From Spirochaetia bacterium (GTDB lineage Bacteria > Spirochaetota > Spirochaetia > DSM-27196 > Salinispiraceae): a DNA stretch of 64,000 bases. Below the pieces are notes generated by a model that saw nothing but the letters and a program-made list of their open reading frames with translations, did not search any database and was not told where the DNA came from. The translations under genes were made by a program, and so were the position numbers. Below are positions 19,221 to 29,591 of this stretch, in pieces. The first letter of the stretch is position 1; every line of letters starts with the position of its first letter. The DNA lies in contig JBBRCZ010000011.1 of the NCBI GenBank assembly GCA_038204425.1, positions 1-64,000 of the forward strand. Reading direction: 5' to 3'.

Positions 19221-21011
19221 TTAATCTCCCTTCTTTGGCTTGCGCCACAAGCGGGCCAGAATGGTGATCAGAAAACCAAAACTCATCAGGCCGGCGATGC
19301 CAAAGCCGATGAGCCCAATCACCGGTACCCCATTTACGATAGGCGGTACTTCGGCCCGGATAATCAATGACGAGCTGATCAGGATAGCCGCAAGGACTAT
19401 GCCAAAGATCAGTCTTGTCCCTATATTTTCTAGACTTTGCCTCAGTGGTTCAATACCTTTGATGCGAAAATTAATAGTAAAATCGCCCCGACGAGCTGCT
19501 TTGAGCAGTTCCATGCTTTCGATCGGAAAGTCGCGAAGCAATTCCAAGTATGATTCTGCCTGGGTGGAAATGGTTTTCCACAGCCGGTCAGGTCTCAGTT
19601 GGCGCAGACTCATACGTGCCGCAAAAGGTTCAAAGAGCGTCATCAAGCTAAAGCTGGGACTTAGTTGACTGCCCACACCTTCGGCAATCACTAAGGCTTT
19701 TGCCATCAACAAGAACTTGGATGGTACTTTGAGTTCGTGTCCTTGTATCAACAAAACCAGGCGTTGAAATACTTCGCCAAAGTCAATTTCGCCCATTGGC
19801 CGGTCAAAGTAGAGGTCAAGCAAGTCAGCGATTTCAACTTCCAGTGAAGGTATGTCGTGAGATGTGTGGCCAACTAAGCGTAACAAGCTAGTTGTTATGT
19901 GCTTGTAGTTGCCGCCCGCCATGGCCACCAAAAGCTCGACGAGGATTCGTTGTTCATCAGGATGAATCCGGCCCATCATGCCAAAGTCTATAAAGCAGGC
20001 CCTCCCACCACCGAGCATGATAACATTGCCAGGATGGGGATCGGCATGGAAGAAACCATGAAAAAAGACTTGTTCTAGCATAAGTTCAGCAAGGTTTTTG
20101 GCTATTGCCTCGCGGTCAAAGCCGTTGACCGTTCCATCAAGAATGGCCGACAGTTTAACGCCTTGGACAAACTCCATGGTTAAGATTTTATGTGAGCAAA
20201 GTGGCTTAAAAGCTCCTGGCACATATATGTTTTGATTACCCCTAAATAGTAAAGAAAAACGTTCCATGTTATGGAGTTCGAGCGTAAAATCCAATTCTCT
20301 TAGAATTTGTTTCCTAAATTCTGCAATCAAACCACTCGGATCAAAGTGGCGATACTCGGGTACATAGCGTTCTACCAAGCGAGCAAGCAGCTCCAAGATT
20401 TCTAAGTCACGCATTATCATGGTCTGAATGTCGGGGCGTTGGACTTTGACTGCCACCCTCCTGCCATCCAAAAGCCAAGCTTCGTGAACTTGGGCTATGC
20501 TGGCCGACGCGACGGGTTGTGGCGAAAAGGAGCTAAAAAGTTCTTTTGGGTCTTTGAGCAGTTCATCTCTAATGATAGTTTCTACCAAGTCTGCAGAAAA
20601 CGGCGTGACTTGATCCTGTAGTTTTGATAATTCTTCTATCAGGCCTGGTTCGATTAGGTCAGCTCGATTGGACAAGATTTGGCCAAACTTTACAAACGTC
20701 GGACCCAGCGCCTCAAGCAGCATACGAATGCGTTGCCAATGGGATTTTTTTCGCAAAGTTTGTTGGTCATCTACGCAACGCCAGTCAAACTGAGCGCTGC
20801 CTTGTTCTAGGTCTGGACTGCCTGGATCGTCTTGCTTGCCATGCGAGCTGGCGCGACTTTGAGCACGTCGGCTAGCTTGAGAACTTAAGCGGCGGATGAT
20901 GCGACCAAAGCGAATCCTATCCATCCATTCGCCAAAACCAAAACGAATTAGATTGACGGAAATTTCTTCGAGGCGGCGAATGTGCGAAAAACTAAAATGG
21001 ATTTTGATCAA
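19221..21011 (-). CDS. ABC1/UbiB-family atypical protein kinase
   Basis: LGPTFVKFGQILS, ASASIAQVH, VAVKVQRP, ELDF..E, FFHADPHPGN, IDFGMMG, two C-terminal TM helices. Confidence 0.92.
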   Translation of the reverse strand: MIKIHFSFSHIRRLEEISVNLIRFGFGEWMDRIRFGRIIRRLSSQASRRAQSRASSHGKQDDPGSPDLEQGSAQFDWRCVDDQQTLRKKSHWQRIRMLLEALGPTFVKFGQILSNRADLIEPGLIEELSKLQDQVTPFSADLVETIIRDELLKDPKELFSSFSPQPVASASIAQVHEAWLLDGRRVAVKVQRPDIQTMIMRDLEILELLARLVERYVPEYRHFDPSGLIAEFRKQILRELDFTLELHNMERFSLLFRGNQNIYVPGAFKPLCSHKILTMEFVQGVKLSAILDGTVNGFDREAIAKNLAELMLEQVFFHGFFHADPHPGNVIMLGGGRACFIDFGMMGRIHPDEQRILVELLVAMAGGNYKHITTSLLRLVGHTSHDIPSLEVEIADLLDLYFDRPMGEIDFGEVFQRLVLLIQGHELKVPSKFLLMAKALVIAEGVGSQLSPSFSLMTLFEPFAARMSLRQLRPDRLWKTISTQAESYLELLRDFPIESMELLKAARRGDFTINFRIKGIEPLRQSLENIGTRLIFGIVLAAILISSSLIIRAEVPPIVNGVPVIGLIGFGIAGLMSFGFLITILARLWRKPKKGD

Positions 21012-21161
21012 GCATATTCCTCATCATGTAATATGATGCGTTAGCCTAGAGGGTGTCAAATGAAAATGCCCGGCCTGGTAAAGGTCGGGCACAAAGTTGG
21101 CATAGAATCAGACTATAAGCCAGAGTCTAGGTCAGACTATAGATCCGGATAGAGTTCCTAA

Positions 21162-21494
21162 TTAACCGGTGACTCGCGCAAAGGTCGATACATTGTTATC
21201 GCTGTTGGTCAACTTAAGAACATTGACGTCTACCGCATAGGTAAACTGTTCGTTAATTGAAAGTCCGCCGAGCGTGTAAGTTCTGGTCAAAGTGCTATTT
21301 ACCCGGGTGAAAGTACCCGTGATGGTGATAAGTCCATCAATGACAAAAGTGCCATCGTTACGATAGGTGGTAGTGTAACCATCGGTGTCTTGCCAAGTGC
21401 CTACAAGACCCAAACCAAATAGATCACAACCTGAAAGAGTTACGAGCACTAGCAATGCAAGTGCAATTGAAACGAACGATACTGTTTTTTTCAT
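21162..21494 (-). CDS. Small lipoprotein (lipocalin-like beta protein)
   Basis: MKK + hydrophobic + LSG-C lipobox; LVGTW..., Y..DGTF pattern; RBS AAGGGA. Confidence 0.75.
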   Translation of the reverse strand: MKKTVSFVSIALALLVLVTLSGCDLFGLGLVGTWQDTDGYTTTYRNDGTFVIDGLITITGTFTRVNSTLTRTYTLGGLSINEQFTYAVDVNVLKLTNSDNNVSTFARVTG

Positions 21495-21577
21495 ATAAAA
21501 TCCCTTATTATCTCAAATAATAATAACGAATTGGAAAACGTCCAATATAATAAATATTATTAATCTTGCACGGGAAT

Positions 21578-23008
21578 CTAAAAAACCTCTTTAAAGGAAG
21601 ACGGATCAATGCCTGCGGCCTTACCTTTGCTGTCGATCCTAAAATGCCAGTGGCTGTCAAAAATATGCAGATCATCCAAGACTTTACCATCGCTTACTAT
21701 CATAGCGTGTAGCCGGGTGCTGTAATTGTCCCTTAGCTGTTTAACAAGGTTGGACTTCTTAATCAGAATTTTGGGAACCTTAAAGTCCGAAATAATCAAT
21801 ACGTCGGCCCTGCTCCAGTTTTCTTCTCTAACCAAATCGAGGCAGCGGTATAGGGCTGGCCTAAGATCGGTGCCACCTCTAAAAGAAAAGTCTAAAAATG
21901 AGCTAAGTGCATCCAAATCTCTAAGAGCTTGGGACACATCAAGGGTTTCTATCCTGTCAGAAAAACTGATGATGAAGCAGGGTCTTTGCTCTTGATAACA
22001 AATTCTGACCAAAGCAAGCACCATCGCCTTGGCAGCTTGTTCAGGAAGTCCTTCCATAGAACCTGAGGTATCTACGCAGATAATAGCTGGTCCTTGCTGT
22101 TCTGGTGTGGGGGCTTTTGATTGCACGTTTTGAAGGGGCACAAGCTGGCGTTGGCTGAGGTAGTCTAGATTGCTGAGCCGTGACTCAGCATAGTCTTTTA
22201 GAAAAAGTAGGTCTGTGCCAGGTTCAAACAGATGTGCCCAGGCAGCCTGAGGCACCAAAGTGAGGTCTCGGCCTTGGCTATAACCTACTATTTCGCTACG
22301 TCCCAATTCTTCGATTTGGTTGCCTTGCTTGAGACTTGCACTAGCATCTTGGGATTCTGGCTTGCTGCTATCATCTGGTGGCGTGAGTCGAGACCGCCCA
22401 ATGCGTCGCGCCAAGTCGTTTAGTTTATCAAAGGACGCCAAAAACAGGGCTGCATCGTCGAGCGCCTTCCAATGCACTCGTTTCCAATGACCGGCATCTA
22501 GATCCCATCCAGCGTCACTGCGACCAAAAAAATCTTTGATTTTTGGGCCGCGCTCTTCTAAGGTTTTTTTGAGTGCAAGCATTTCCAGCTTCATTCTTTC
22601 TAGATCGTTTCTCAAAAAATTGCTTTGCTCCTGTCTTAGCTGCAGCTTTGCGTCATCCAAGTGCTGCTGCAGAGCCAACAAGCTAAGTGCTTCATTCCTT
22701 ACTTTAAGCCATGCATCATGATCTAAGTTGCTTTGTCTAGCTACACTTTGGCAATCCTGACGATATCGGTCCTCGAGGGCGCTGTGATCTGCCTGCACAT
22801 GACTAAAATGGCTTTGATCTAGCTTGTCGAGTTGCTCCTGCCAATTTTTGCGTGCTTCTTTGCCAAGTGCTCTAAGAAGTGGATTACCAGCTTGCTGCCA
22901 GGTGGCTTCCTTGCCAAAGCCACTTGTGACGTCAAAACCCAAGACCAGTCCGAGTTGAACCAAGGCCGAATCAAGAACTGGATTTTTTGACAAGTTCTTG
23001 TAAGTCAC
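21578..23008 (-). CDS. ViaA-like von Willebrand A domain protein
   Basis: LARRIGR, GPAIICVDTSGSM (MIDAS), AKAMVLAL, FRGGTD, ADVLIISDF. Confidence 0.85.
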   Translation of the reverse strand: MTYKNLSKNPVLDSALVQLGLVLGFDVTSGFGKEATWQQAGNPLLRALGKEARKNWQEQLDKLDQSHFSHVQADHSALEDRYRQDCQSVARQSNLDHDAWLKVRNEALSLLALQQHLDDAKLQLRQEQSNFLRNDLERMKLEMLALKKTLEERGPKIKDFFGRSDAGWDLDAGHWKRVHWKALDDAALFLASFDKLNDLARRIGRSRLTPPDDSSKPESQDASASLKQGNQIEELGRSEIVGYSQGRDLTLVPQAAWAHLFEPGTDLLFLKDYAESRLSNLDYLSQRQLVPLQNVQSKAPTPEQQGPAIICVDTSGSMEGLPEQAAKAMVLALVRICYQEQRPCFIISFSDRIETLDVSQALRDLDALSSFLDFSFRGGTDLRPALYRCLDLVREENWSRADVLIISDFKVPKILIKKSNLVKQLRDNYSTRLHAMIVSDGKVLDDLHIFDSHWHFRIDSKGKAAGIDPSSFKEVF

Positions 23009-24419
23009 TTTCCATGCCTGCTACAAAGAAGTCAAAAGTGCCGCTCGGCAAAAACAGATGCTGGCCTTCTTGTGTTTTTAATGAAGCTATCGTTTGTCTG
23101 AGATCTAACGCGGCGCTCTCATACACAGCACGCTCCCTTGAGTTACTGGCTGAATGCCGTTTTGCAGCAAGCGCAACGGCTTTGCGCTCGCGGGTCAGAC
23201 TGAGTTGCTGTCCGTCCCAAGCTACACCGTTAGCAGTTTTTTGTAAGTGCAAGCTTTTGCTGCCGTCGTAGGTGCCGTTCGTATAGACAAAACACTCGCA
23301 ACTTTGGGCTTGGACAGAACTAAGGCTTTCGTAGTCTTCCTTCCAGATGCGCAGTTCGTCAAAGTTTTCGGGAAACAACCCAGTCTGCAGAACAATCTGG
23401 TAGTATTCTTGATCGAGCAAAACGGGCAGTTCTACGGTTTCAAAGACTTGCTCGGGTGCAGGTTCATCAAGATTAACGGCGCCCGCTGCCCGGTCGCTGG
23501 GCCTACTGAGAACTGAGCGCAGGCTGTCCCAAGCCAAATCATATTGTTCTGGAAGATCCCATAAAAGGTCAGGCAATAAACCAAGATCTAGTAGATTGGT
23601 GGTGATTCGACCATGACAAAGGGCGCTGGCTCTGACGATTTGGCCGGCCTTCTTCCAGCGACGGTCGCTTATGTAGGGTGCTTTTGCGTCACGGTGCAAG
23701 TCTTGAAACAGTTGACGCAAAGCAACGATCGCCTCAAGCGAACGGTCATCGAGCGTTACATGCTGCAAGGCTGAGGTCCAGGCTTGCCATTCGTCGGCCC
23801 CAATTTTAACGGCCGGCTCAACCGGATCGTGGTAAGGGTCACGTAAGTTGGACAAGAGCTTGCGAACATTGTCGGGGTTTTTTAAAGGTGCGACGTAGAC
23901 TCTAAGCAAAAAGCGGTCCCAGAAGGCACGCGCGGTATCATCACTGGGACCTTCGTTACTTGCTGCAATAAGTAACTTGAGAGGTAGCTGGATTTCCGTA
24001 TCGCCGTTGAGCCAGAGCTTTTCGTTGAGGGCCGTCAACAAAGCATTCTGAATGGGTGGACTGGCTTTCCAAATTTCGTCGAGAAAAACTATTTCTGCCT
24101 CGGGCAAGTAACCTTTGCTTCGGCGGACGTAGCGATCTTCATCGCGCAATGCCTTAATGGAAACCGGACCAAAAACTTCCTCGGGGGTAGAAAAACGCCC
24201 CATTAAATAGTCAAAGCTGCGAGCATCCGAAAAGGCAAAGTTGAGGCGACGTGCAATCAGGCTCTTTCCAGTGCCTGGAGGCCCCCACAAAAACACGCTT
24301 TCGCCAGCGATTGCCGCCAAGAGACAAAGGCGAAGATGACGCGAGCGTTCAAAGAGGCCAAGCTCAAGTTGAGGAATAAGCACTTTTAATCGTTCAAACA
24401 AATTTTTTGATTGACTCAA
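22971..24419 (-). CDS. RavA-like MoxR-family AAA+ ATPase
   Basis: GESVFLWGPPGTGKSLIARRL, RFSTPEEVFGP, FLDEIWKA.P.IQN.LLT, ASNE, DRFLLR, ISDRRWKK; TTG start. Confidence 0.9.
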   Translation of the reverse strand: MSQSKNLFERLKVLIPQLELGLFERSRHLRLCLLAAIAGESVFLWGPPGTGKSLIARRLNFAFSDARSFDYLMGRFSTPEEVFGPVSIKALRDEDRYVRRSKGYLPEAEIVFLDEIWKASPPIQNALLTALNEKLWLNGDTEIQLPLKLLIAASNEGPSDDTARAFWDRFLLRVYVAPLKNPDNVRKLLSNLRDPYHDPVEPAVKIGADEWQAWTSALQHVTLDDRSLEAIVALRQLFQDLHRDAKAPYISDRRWKKAGQIVRASALCHGRITTNLLDLGLLPDLLWDLPEQYDLAWDSLRSVLSRPSDRAAGAVNLDEPAPEQVFETVELPVLLDQEYYQIVLQTGLFPENFDELRIWKEDYESLSSVQAQSCECFVYTNGTYDGSKSLHLQKTANGVAWDGQQLSLTRERKAVALAAKRHSASNSRERAVYESAALDLRQTIASLKTQEGQHLFLPSGTFDFFVAGMESDLQELVKKSSS

Positions 24420-24574
24420 AGTGCAGCTTCCACCTGTTCTTTATTGACAAAACCAAGCTTGACCAATATTTCGCCAAGGCGTGAGCCTGGCTCGGCCGTT
24501 TGTGCGCCAAGCGCCTTCTCGAGTTGTTCTGCGCTGAGCTGACCCTTTTTGATCAGGTTTTCTCCAAGTGGCAT
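24416..24574 (-). CDS. 52-aa stand-alone MshEN-like (c-di-GMP-binding) microprotein
   Basis: ATG 24574 with AAGGAG RBS; PLGENLIKKGQLSAEQLEKALGAQ-TAEPGS-RLGEILVKLGFVNKEQVEAAL fits the tandem RLGxxLxxxGxxxxxxLxxxLxxQ motif. Confidence 0.8.
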   Translation of the reverse strand: MPLGENLIKKGQLSAEQLEKALGAQTAEPGSRLGEILVKLGFVNKEQVEAAL

Positions 24575-24636
24575 AGCATGCTCCTTTTTTTGTGGGATAT
24601 AGAGTGGTTCTATTTTAGTCTTTGCAGGTTGATGAG

Positions 24637-25821
24637 TCAAACAGGAACAGCTTTTGAACAAGCTAAAACAACGTAGCGATTGTCATCGGCTAACGTAAGC
24701 ACCTCGCAAAAAAGTTTTCCCAAAAAGCCAGCATAACCCAAGTGACGATTGGCCACAATTAATAACTTGCCACCGCTTTTGAGGCGACCAGCTGCTTGGG
24801 CAAACATCCTCTTGGCCACGGCATCAGTTTGGGTTCTACCTTGATGAAAAGGTGGATTGCACAGAATTAGGTTTGCACTTCCACATTCATCAGACGTCAA
24901 GCAGTCGGTCCAAACAAAGCTCGCGCGAGAGCACATGCCATTGCGCTCAAAGCCATCGTGCGCAGAACATACTGCCAACCAGGACTCATCAGCACAAACG
25001 ACGTGAGCTTTGGGAAATAGCCGGGCTGCGCATAGGGCCAAGAGGCCGTTTCCGCTGCCACAGTCAATAATCGATTCTGGCAAGTTTGCCCAGTGCTTGG
25101 ATTCGATGACTAAAGTTTTGGCCAAAAGCAGACTGCCTCGGTCGTGGCCGTTGACAGAAAAAACCCCTGAGTAATTGACGGTTTCTAATGCACCAAAGGC
25201 AGAGTCGTCCAGTTTAATTGCCTTGGGCCAAGTCTCTTTACTTGGCAAAGTTGGCAGGTCTGCATTTTGTTTGCTGGCAAAAATCAACCGCGCTTTATGA
25301 GCAGCCAAGCTGGTCTTGCTCTGGCCGATATGGTGGTCAAAAAGTGCTAAGCCTGTCTTGTGGATGTCACGAGTCATCGCCCCTGCAATCACCGAGCAAT
25401 GCTGCGGCAAGCTTGACAGGCTATAAAGTTGGAAGTCCAGACTGTCGTGGCTTTTGGGAACTTGCATCAGAACTAGTTCAACCGAAGCAAGCCGTGCAAG
25501 CAAGGCATCATCAAAAGACTTAAAGCGAGTCAGATTCGTTAGGTCTAGGTCATTTAATCTAAGGTTTTCTTGACATGCAAGCCAAGATAAGTAGGACTCG
25601 TTGAGCCAAGTAATCTTGTGGCCCGCCGCCAAGGCGCCAAGTGCTAGGGCGCCGCAGTGGTCGTTGAGAATGAGCACATGCAAGCAAGGCCTAAAGTGCT
25701 TGGCGAGATAGTGAACCATAAGTGAGTCGGCGGCGTTCCAGGCCTGCAATCCAGTTTGTTCTTGGTCATAGGGAAAACGGCCAAGATTGAATGGCCCAAA
25801 GGGCGAATCCCATGTCTGCAT
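24637..25821 (-). CDS. RlmG/RsmC-family rRNA guanine-N2 methyltransferase
   Basis: LQAWNAADS, ILNDHCGAL, GVFS...D.GS, IDCGSGNG, DES..AV, ILCNPPFHQ, IVANRHLGY; N-terminus is RlmG-like. Confidence 0.85.
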   Translation of the reverse strand: MQTWDSPFGPFNLGRFPYDQEQTGLQAWNAADSLMVHYLAKHFRPCLHVLILNDHCGALALGALAAGHKITWLNESYLSWLACQENLRLNDLDLTNLTRFKSFDDALLARLASVELVLMQVPKSHDSLDFQLYSLSSLPQHCSVIAGAMTRDIHKTGLALFDHHIGQSKTSLAAHKARLIFASKQNADLPTLPSKETWPKAIKLDDSAFGALETVNYSGVFSVNGHDRGSLLLAKTLVIESKHWANLPESIIDCGSGNGLLALCAARLFPKAHVVCADESWLAVCSAHDGFERNGMCSRASFVWTDCLTSDECGSANLILCNPPFHQGRTQTDAVAKRMFAQAAGRLKSGGKLLIVANRHLGYAGFLGKLFCEVLTLADDNRYVVLACSKAVPV

Positions 25822-25858
25822 AAACGACTAAACGCTAGAGTTTTTCATAGTCTCTTAT

Positions 25859-26524
25859 CTATTTTAAGCGAATCAACGTGTCGCTGTAGCCCAACTGAGC
25901 CAAGTGGTTTCGCAGCTCGGGGATTGTATTGAGACCAATGTTGCGGACTACCACTCTGTAAATGGCAGTTCCAAAAATTTCCTCTTCGGCGCTAATCTTT
26001 TGGTTGACAAAGTACTGAACAAGCTTTTGCGCATATTCTCTATTGGCGTAGCTGGCAATCTGGATGGTTCTGGTCTCAAGGCCTGCATAGGACAGGTTGG
26101 CGGGAGCCAGAGTGTTTGCAACAGGGCGAGCAGGTGCGTTGACTAAGACTTGAGCTTCGATGCGGACTCGGGCAACGCCAGCGCCTACCATAGCGATTTC
26201 TTCGGCGGCTGCTCGCGACAAATCGATGTTGCGACCTTTTATAAAAGGTCCACGATCAGTAACCCTAACATTGACGCTTCGGCCGTTTTGAAGGTTGGTA
26301 ACCTTAACAAGGGTTCCAAAGGGCAAGGTCAAATGTGCGGCCGTCAATTGATTGGGGTCATAGACTTCGCCATTGGCTGTTAAGCGACCGGCAAATTCTT
26401 GACCATACCAGGATGCGTAGCCTTCTTCGAGATGTTGAGCATCTTGAGCAATCAAAAGTGTTGGCGTGCACAGCCCTACAAGAGCGACTATCAATAAAAA
26501 AAGTTTGCTGGTTTTCATAAGCAA
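25859..26524 (-). CDS. rlpA: RlpA-family lytic transglycosylase with C-terminal SPOR-like domain
   Basis: GYASWYG..F.GR.TANGE.YD...[37 protein letters not shown]. Confidence 0.9.
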   Translation of the reverse strand: MLMKTSKLFLLIVALVGLCTPTLLIAQDAQHLEEGYASWYGQEFAGRLTANGEVYDPNQLTAAHLTLPFGTLVKVTNLQNGRSVNVRVTDRGPFIKGRNIDLSRAAAEEIAMVGAGVARVRIEAQVLVNAPARPVANTLAPANLSYAGLETRTIQIASYANREYAQKLVQYFVNQKISAEEEIFGTAIYRVVVRNIGLNTIPELRNHLAQLGYSDTLIRLK

Positions 26525-26542
26525 GGTATCGGCTTTTGCCCG

Positions 26543-28474
26543 CTATTCATTGACAACTTTTGAAAATTCTTGCACGTGCTGCTGGTTGGCCGCGGCATCC
26601 TGTTCTATCCGTTCTATTACCGTCTTTAACGATTGATTGCTGCGTGTCTGCGTATCCAGCGCCTTGGCTATGGCCTGGTTAGAAGCAACGATTTCTTCCA
26701 TGGCGGATTCCATCTGGGCCGAATCGCGACTCTGACCTTGCGAAATATACAATATTTTTCGAGTGGCGTTAGTGAGATTTTCAATAGAGGCCAATATCTG
26801 CTGCGCGCCTGTTTTTTGCTCACTCATTGCATCAGCAATGGTTCTTACCACTTGAGAGCTATCTTTTACGCGCCCCTCAATAGTTTCAAAGGCAAGCGAG
26901 CTCTCTTCTGCTAGTTCCAAGCCTTTTCGTGTACGCTCAGACATGTCGGCAATCTTGCCGGCTATCTCGCGCGTGCTTTTGGCTGTGGACTCAGCCAACT
27001 TTCGTACTTCGTCAGCCACTACGGCAAAGCCTTTGCCAGCACTGCCAGCATGAGCTGCCTCAATAGCTGCATTCATCGCGAGTAAATTAATTTGAGCATT
27101 TATCTTGCTAATGGTGCGAACGATGGTGACCACCTCAAACGAGGAATTGTCGATCTCTTCCATAGAAATTTGCATGCTGGCGACTAACTTGCCACCGTCC
27201 AACGAGCTTTGCTCGAGTGTTTGGCTTAGCTCGAGGGCCTGGTGAGTCATGTTTGCAACCGAGGCAATGTTGCTGGTAATTTCGGTCATGCCGGCCGAAC
27301 TCTCTTGAACCATCGCTTCTTGGTTCTCGAGTAAGGCCTGCAGTTCGATAATTGTCTTACGTAAATCTGAATTGGACTCTTTGCTGCCTTCTAAAGTTAA
27401 GCTTTGAGCTCGACTTGCAGCTTCCAGAGAGCGCTGGGCTTGGTCGATGTTTATCATTTCTTGTTGGGCTTCGCCGGCAATGGTAGCGACTACCTTTGCT
27501 GAGCCAATCACGCGCTGCGCTATTGAGCGAGACTGTGCAAGGGTTTTTTCCAAGCGGGTCATGACCTCGTTAAAGGCTAGTCCTACTTGGCCAAGTTCGT
27601 CACTACTGCTGATTGGCAGTCGGGCCAAGAGGTCTGCCTGCCCAGATGCAATGTTGAGCATGGTCACTTTTAAGTGACCGAGTTTGGTGGCTATGGTGCT
27701 GGCTGTGGATCGAATAAGTATGAACGACCACAAAAAAACTGCTGCACCCAAGATCAAAAACTGGCCAAAAATAGTCGATTCTTCGCCCAGCACGCCTAGC
27801 TGGATAGGTATACCTGCCTTGAGATCCGCTATCCATTGATGGTAAATGCCAAAGCTTGTCATACAAAACATAATGACGGACATGCTTACAGCCGTAAGCG
27901 TTGTGATCACAATCCGGCTGCGAAGACTTATTTTAGGAAGGGCAGTGTTTTTGGTGACAACGTTTAAAAGCTCTCTGGCTGTTAGGCTAAGCTTGTCTAT
28001 TAGGTCAATTTCTTGCAAAGCTGCCATTAGTCCAAGGCAGCCGTTGAGTAGCAAAACCAAAATGATATCCACAACATCTAAAGCTCTTGTTCCACGTCCG
28101 ATCTGTACCAGGAGCGAAATAAGAGGCCCAACAAAAAACGCGATCACATTTATGCCTATGACCAAATAGTCAAGTGAATCAAGACGTTTTTGCGCCCTGA
28201 GTTTGTCCGCTGCACTGGCAGAAGCAAGCATGGCTGGGTCGCTTACTAGTCTGGAAAGTGGTCTCAACCTAAAGAAAATTGTCAGTCCAGCAAGCACGCA
28301 AAGGCTCAATACAATACTCAAGAAAAGGCCCAAACCGCTGATGACGCTCGCCATCGAGCGCAGATAAAAGTAGCCGTTAAAAAACTGCATCAAACAAGCA
28401 ACAAGCAAACTAATGGTGACTACAAGGACCGCAATGCGCAGGTGAAGTGTTTTCATACCACCAGTATAGTACAC
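26543..28474 (-). CDS. Methyl-accepting chemotaxis protein with multi-TM sensor
   Basis: About six TM helices, HAMP ([11 protein letters not shown]), [35 protein letters not shown]; start may be 28456. Confidence 0.93.
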   Translation of the reverse strand: MYYTGGMKTLHLRIAVLVVTISLLVACLMQFFNGYFYLRSMASVISGLGLFLSIVLSLCVLAGLTIFFRLRPLSRLVSDPAMLASASAADKLRAQKRLDSLDYLVIGINVIAFFVGPLISLLVQIGRGTRALDVVDIILVLLLNGCLGLMAALQEIDLIDKLSLTARELLNVVTKNTALPKISLRSRIVITTLTAVSMSVIMFCMTSFGIYHQWIADLKAGIPIQLGVLGEESTIFGQFLILGAAVFLWSFILIRSTASTIATKLGHLKVTMLNIASGQADLLARLPISSSDELGQVGLAFNEVMTRLEKTLAQSRSIAQRVIGSAKVVATIAGEAQQEMINIDQAQRSLEAASRAQSLTLEGSKESNSDLRKTIIELQALLENQEAMVQESSAGMTEITSNIASVANMTHQALELSQTLEQSSLDGGKLVASMQISMEEIDNSSFEVVTIVRTISKINAQINLLAMNAAIEAAHAGSAGKGFAVVADEVRKLAESTAKSTREIAGKIADMSERTRKGLELAEESSLAFETIEGRVKDSSQVVRTIADAMSEQKTGAQQILASIENLTNATRKILYISQGQSRDSAQMESAMEEIVASNQAIAKALDTQTRSNQSLKTVIERIEQDAAANQQHVQEFSKVVNE

Positions 28475-28505
28475 AAAGATGCATTTTTAGCTTAAAGTTA
28501 GTTTT

Positions 28506-29465
28506 ATGACAAAGCTGTCGGTTATCGCAACCGGTTTTTTTCTATTCTTGCCATTGCTGTCACCACTTACGTCTGCATTAATGGGGCAAGAATTGACACA
28601 AGAATTGACACAAGAATCAAAAAATCCAAGCTTGGAAACGTACCTTGGGGCTGAGTTTATTGCCGGTCAAGCCTTGGAGTTAGTTTATAAATTCAAGACT
28701 GGTGACGATTTACTCAGTCGCCTTGATTGGCAGATCCCGCCTGCCATAGGGCTCAGTTTTGGACTAAGGGCTCGTTGGCTGGACAACTTACAAACCAGCT
28801 TAACCTTTTCAACTCTGTGGCCTCTCATACGCGGCAACATGGTAGATGACGACTGGTTATCCGGTCCGTCAAGCCAAGAGCCTGATATACATTCCGACAC
28901 CGGCATTACGCTCAAGTTCTACAATCACCTGCGCTTTGAGACTTCGTTTCCTTTTGCAATCGAAAAATTGGTGATAGAACCCGGTCTTGGTCTCGACTAT
29001 CGCAGTTTGGCCTGGGACGGTTTTGAAACTGTACAAGTGGGACTAGCAGCCGGCACGTACTACGGGCAGACCTTTGCCTATGACCAACAATGGTTGGTGC
29101 CGTGGCTGTCACTTAAAGTGGGTCTGGCACTCAAAGAGTTTGACATCAATCTTGGTTTGCGCCTTAGCCCTTGGCTGTATGGGCAAGGGCGTGACATACA
29201 TGTTTTACGCTTGCTGACCTTTTTGGACTATGTCTACGGTGGCTACATGATCTCGCCCAGTCTAAATATGACGCTGAGAATTTCTAAGAGCCTTTCGATA
29301 GCCAGTCTGTTAGAATACGAGCTAATAGCCGGCACGCGCGGCGATACGCTAACAAGCAGCAATGGCGAGACCAACTTGAACGCTGCTTATGGTCGCTCTT
29401 ACTCGCAGGCAGGAATGGGTTATCAAGCGACAAGACTGCTGTTTTTCTTAAAAGTAGGGCCGTAA
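28506..29465 (+). CDS. Omptin-family outer-membrane protease
   Basis: Signal peptide; ELVY, LSRLDWQ, GNMVDDDW (Asp pair), GRDIHVLR (Asp-His dyad). Confidence 0.75.
   Translation: MTKLSVIATGFFLFLPLLSPLTSALMGQELTQELTQESKNPSLETYLGAEFIAGQALELVYKFKTGDDLLSRLDWQIPPAIGLSFGLRARWLDNLQTSLTFSTLWPLIRGNMVDDDWLSGPSSQEPDIHSDTGITLKFYNHLRFETSFPFAIEKLVIEPGLGLDYRSLAWDGFETVQVGLAAGTYYGQTFAYDQQWLVPWLSLKVGLALKEFDINLGLRLSPWLYGQGRDIHVLRLLTFLDYVYGGYMISPSLNMTLRISKSLSIASLLEYELIAGTRGDTLTSSNGETNLNAAYGRSYSQAGMGYQATRLLFFLKVGP
28587..28617 (+). repeat. 12-bp in-frame tandem repeat (CAAGAATTGACA x2.6; QELT-QELT-QE)
   Basis: Read directly at 28587-28598, 28599-28610, 28611-28617. Confidence 0.9.
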
Positions 29466-29591
29466 ACAGATTATAGGACAGTAGTGCAGGGCCAGCTAAG
29501 ATGGTTTTCAATTGACTGTTGTCGATTCTTCGTGCTATTTTCACCAGATTGATATTTTGAACCCCAAGTACAAGGTAAGGAAGTAATATAC

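Noticed and set aside
21061..21160. TCAGACTATA x2 and a hairpin downstream of the small lipoprotein
   Set aside because: A 10-bp duplication is too short to interpret; the hairpin is probably a plain terminator.
24575..24661. 81-aa version of the MshEN-like ORF
   Set aside because: The extension overlaps the methyltransferase and contains the AAGGAG RBS for ATG 24574.
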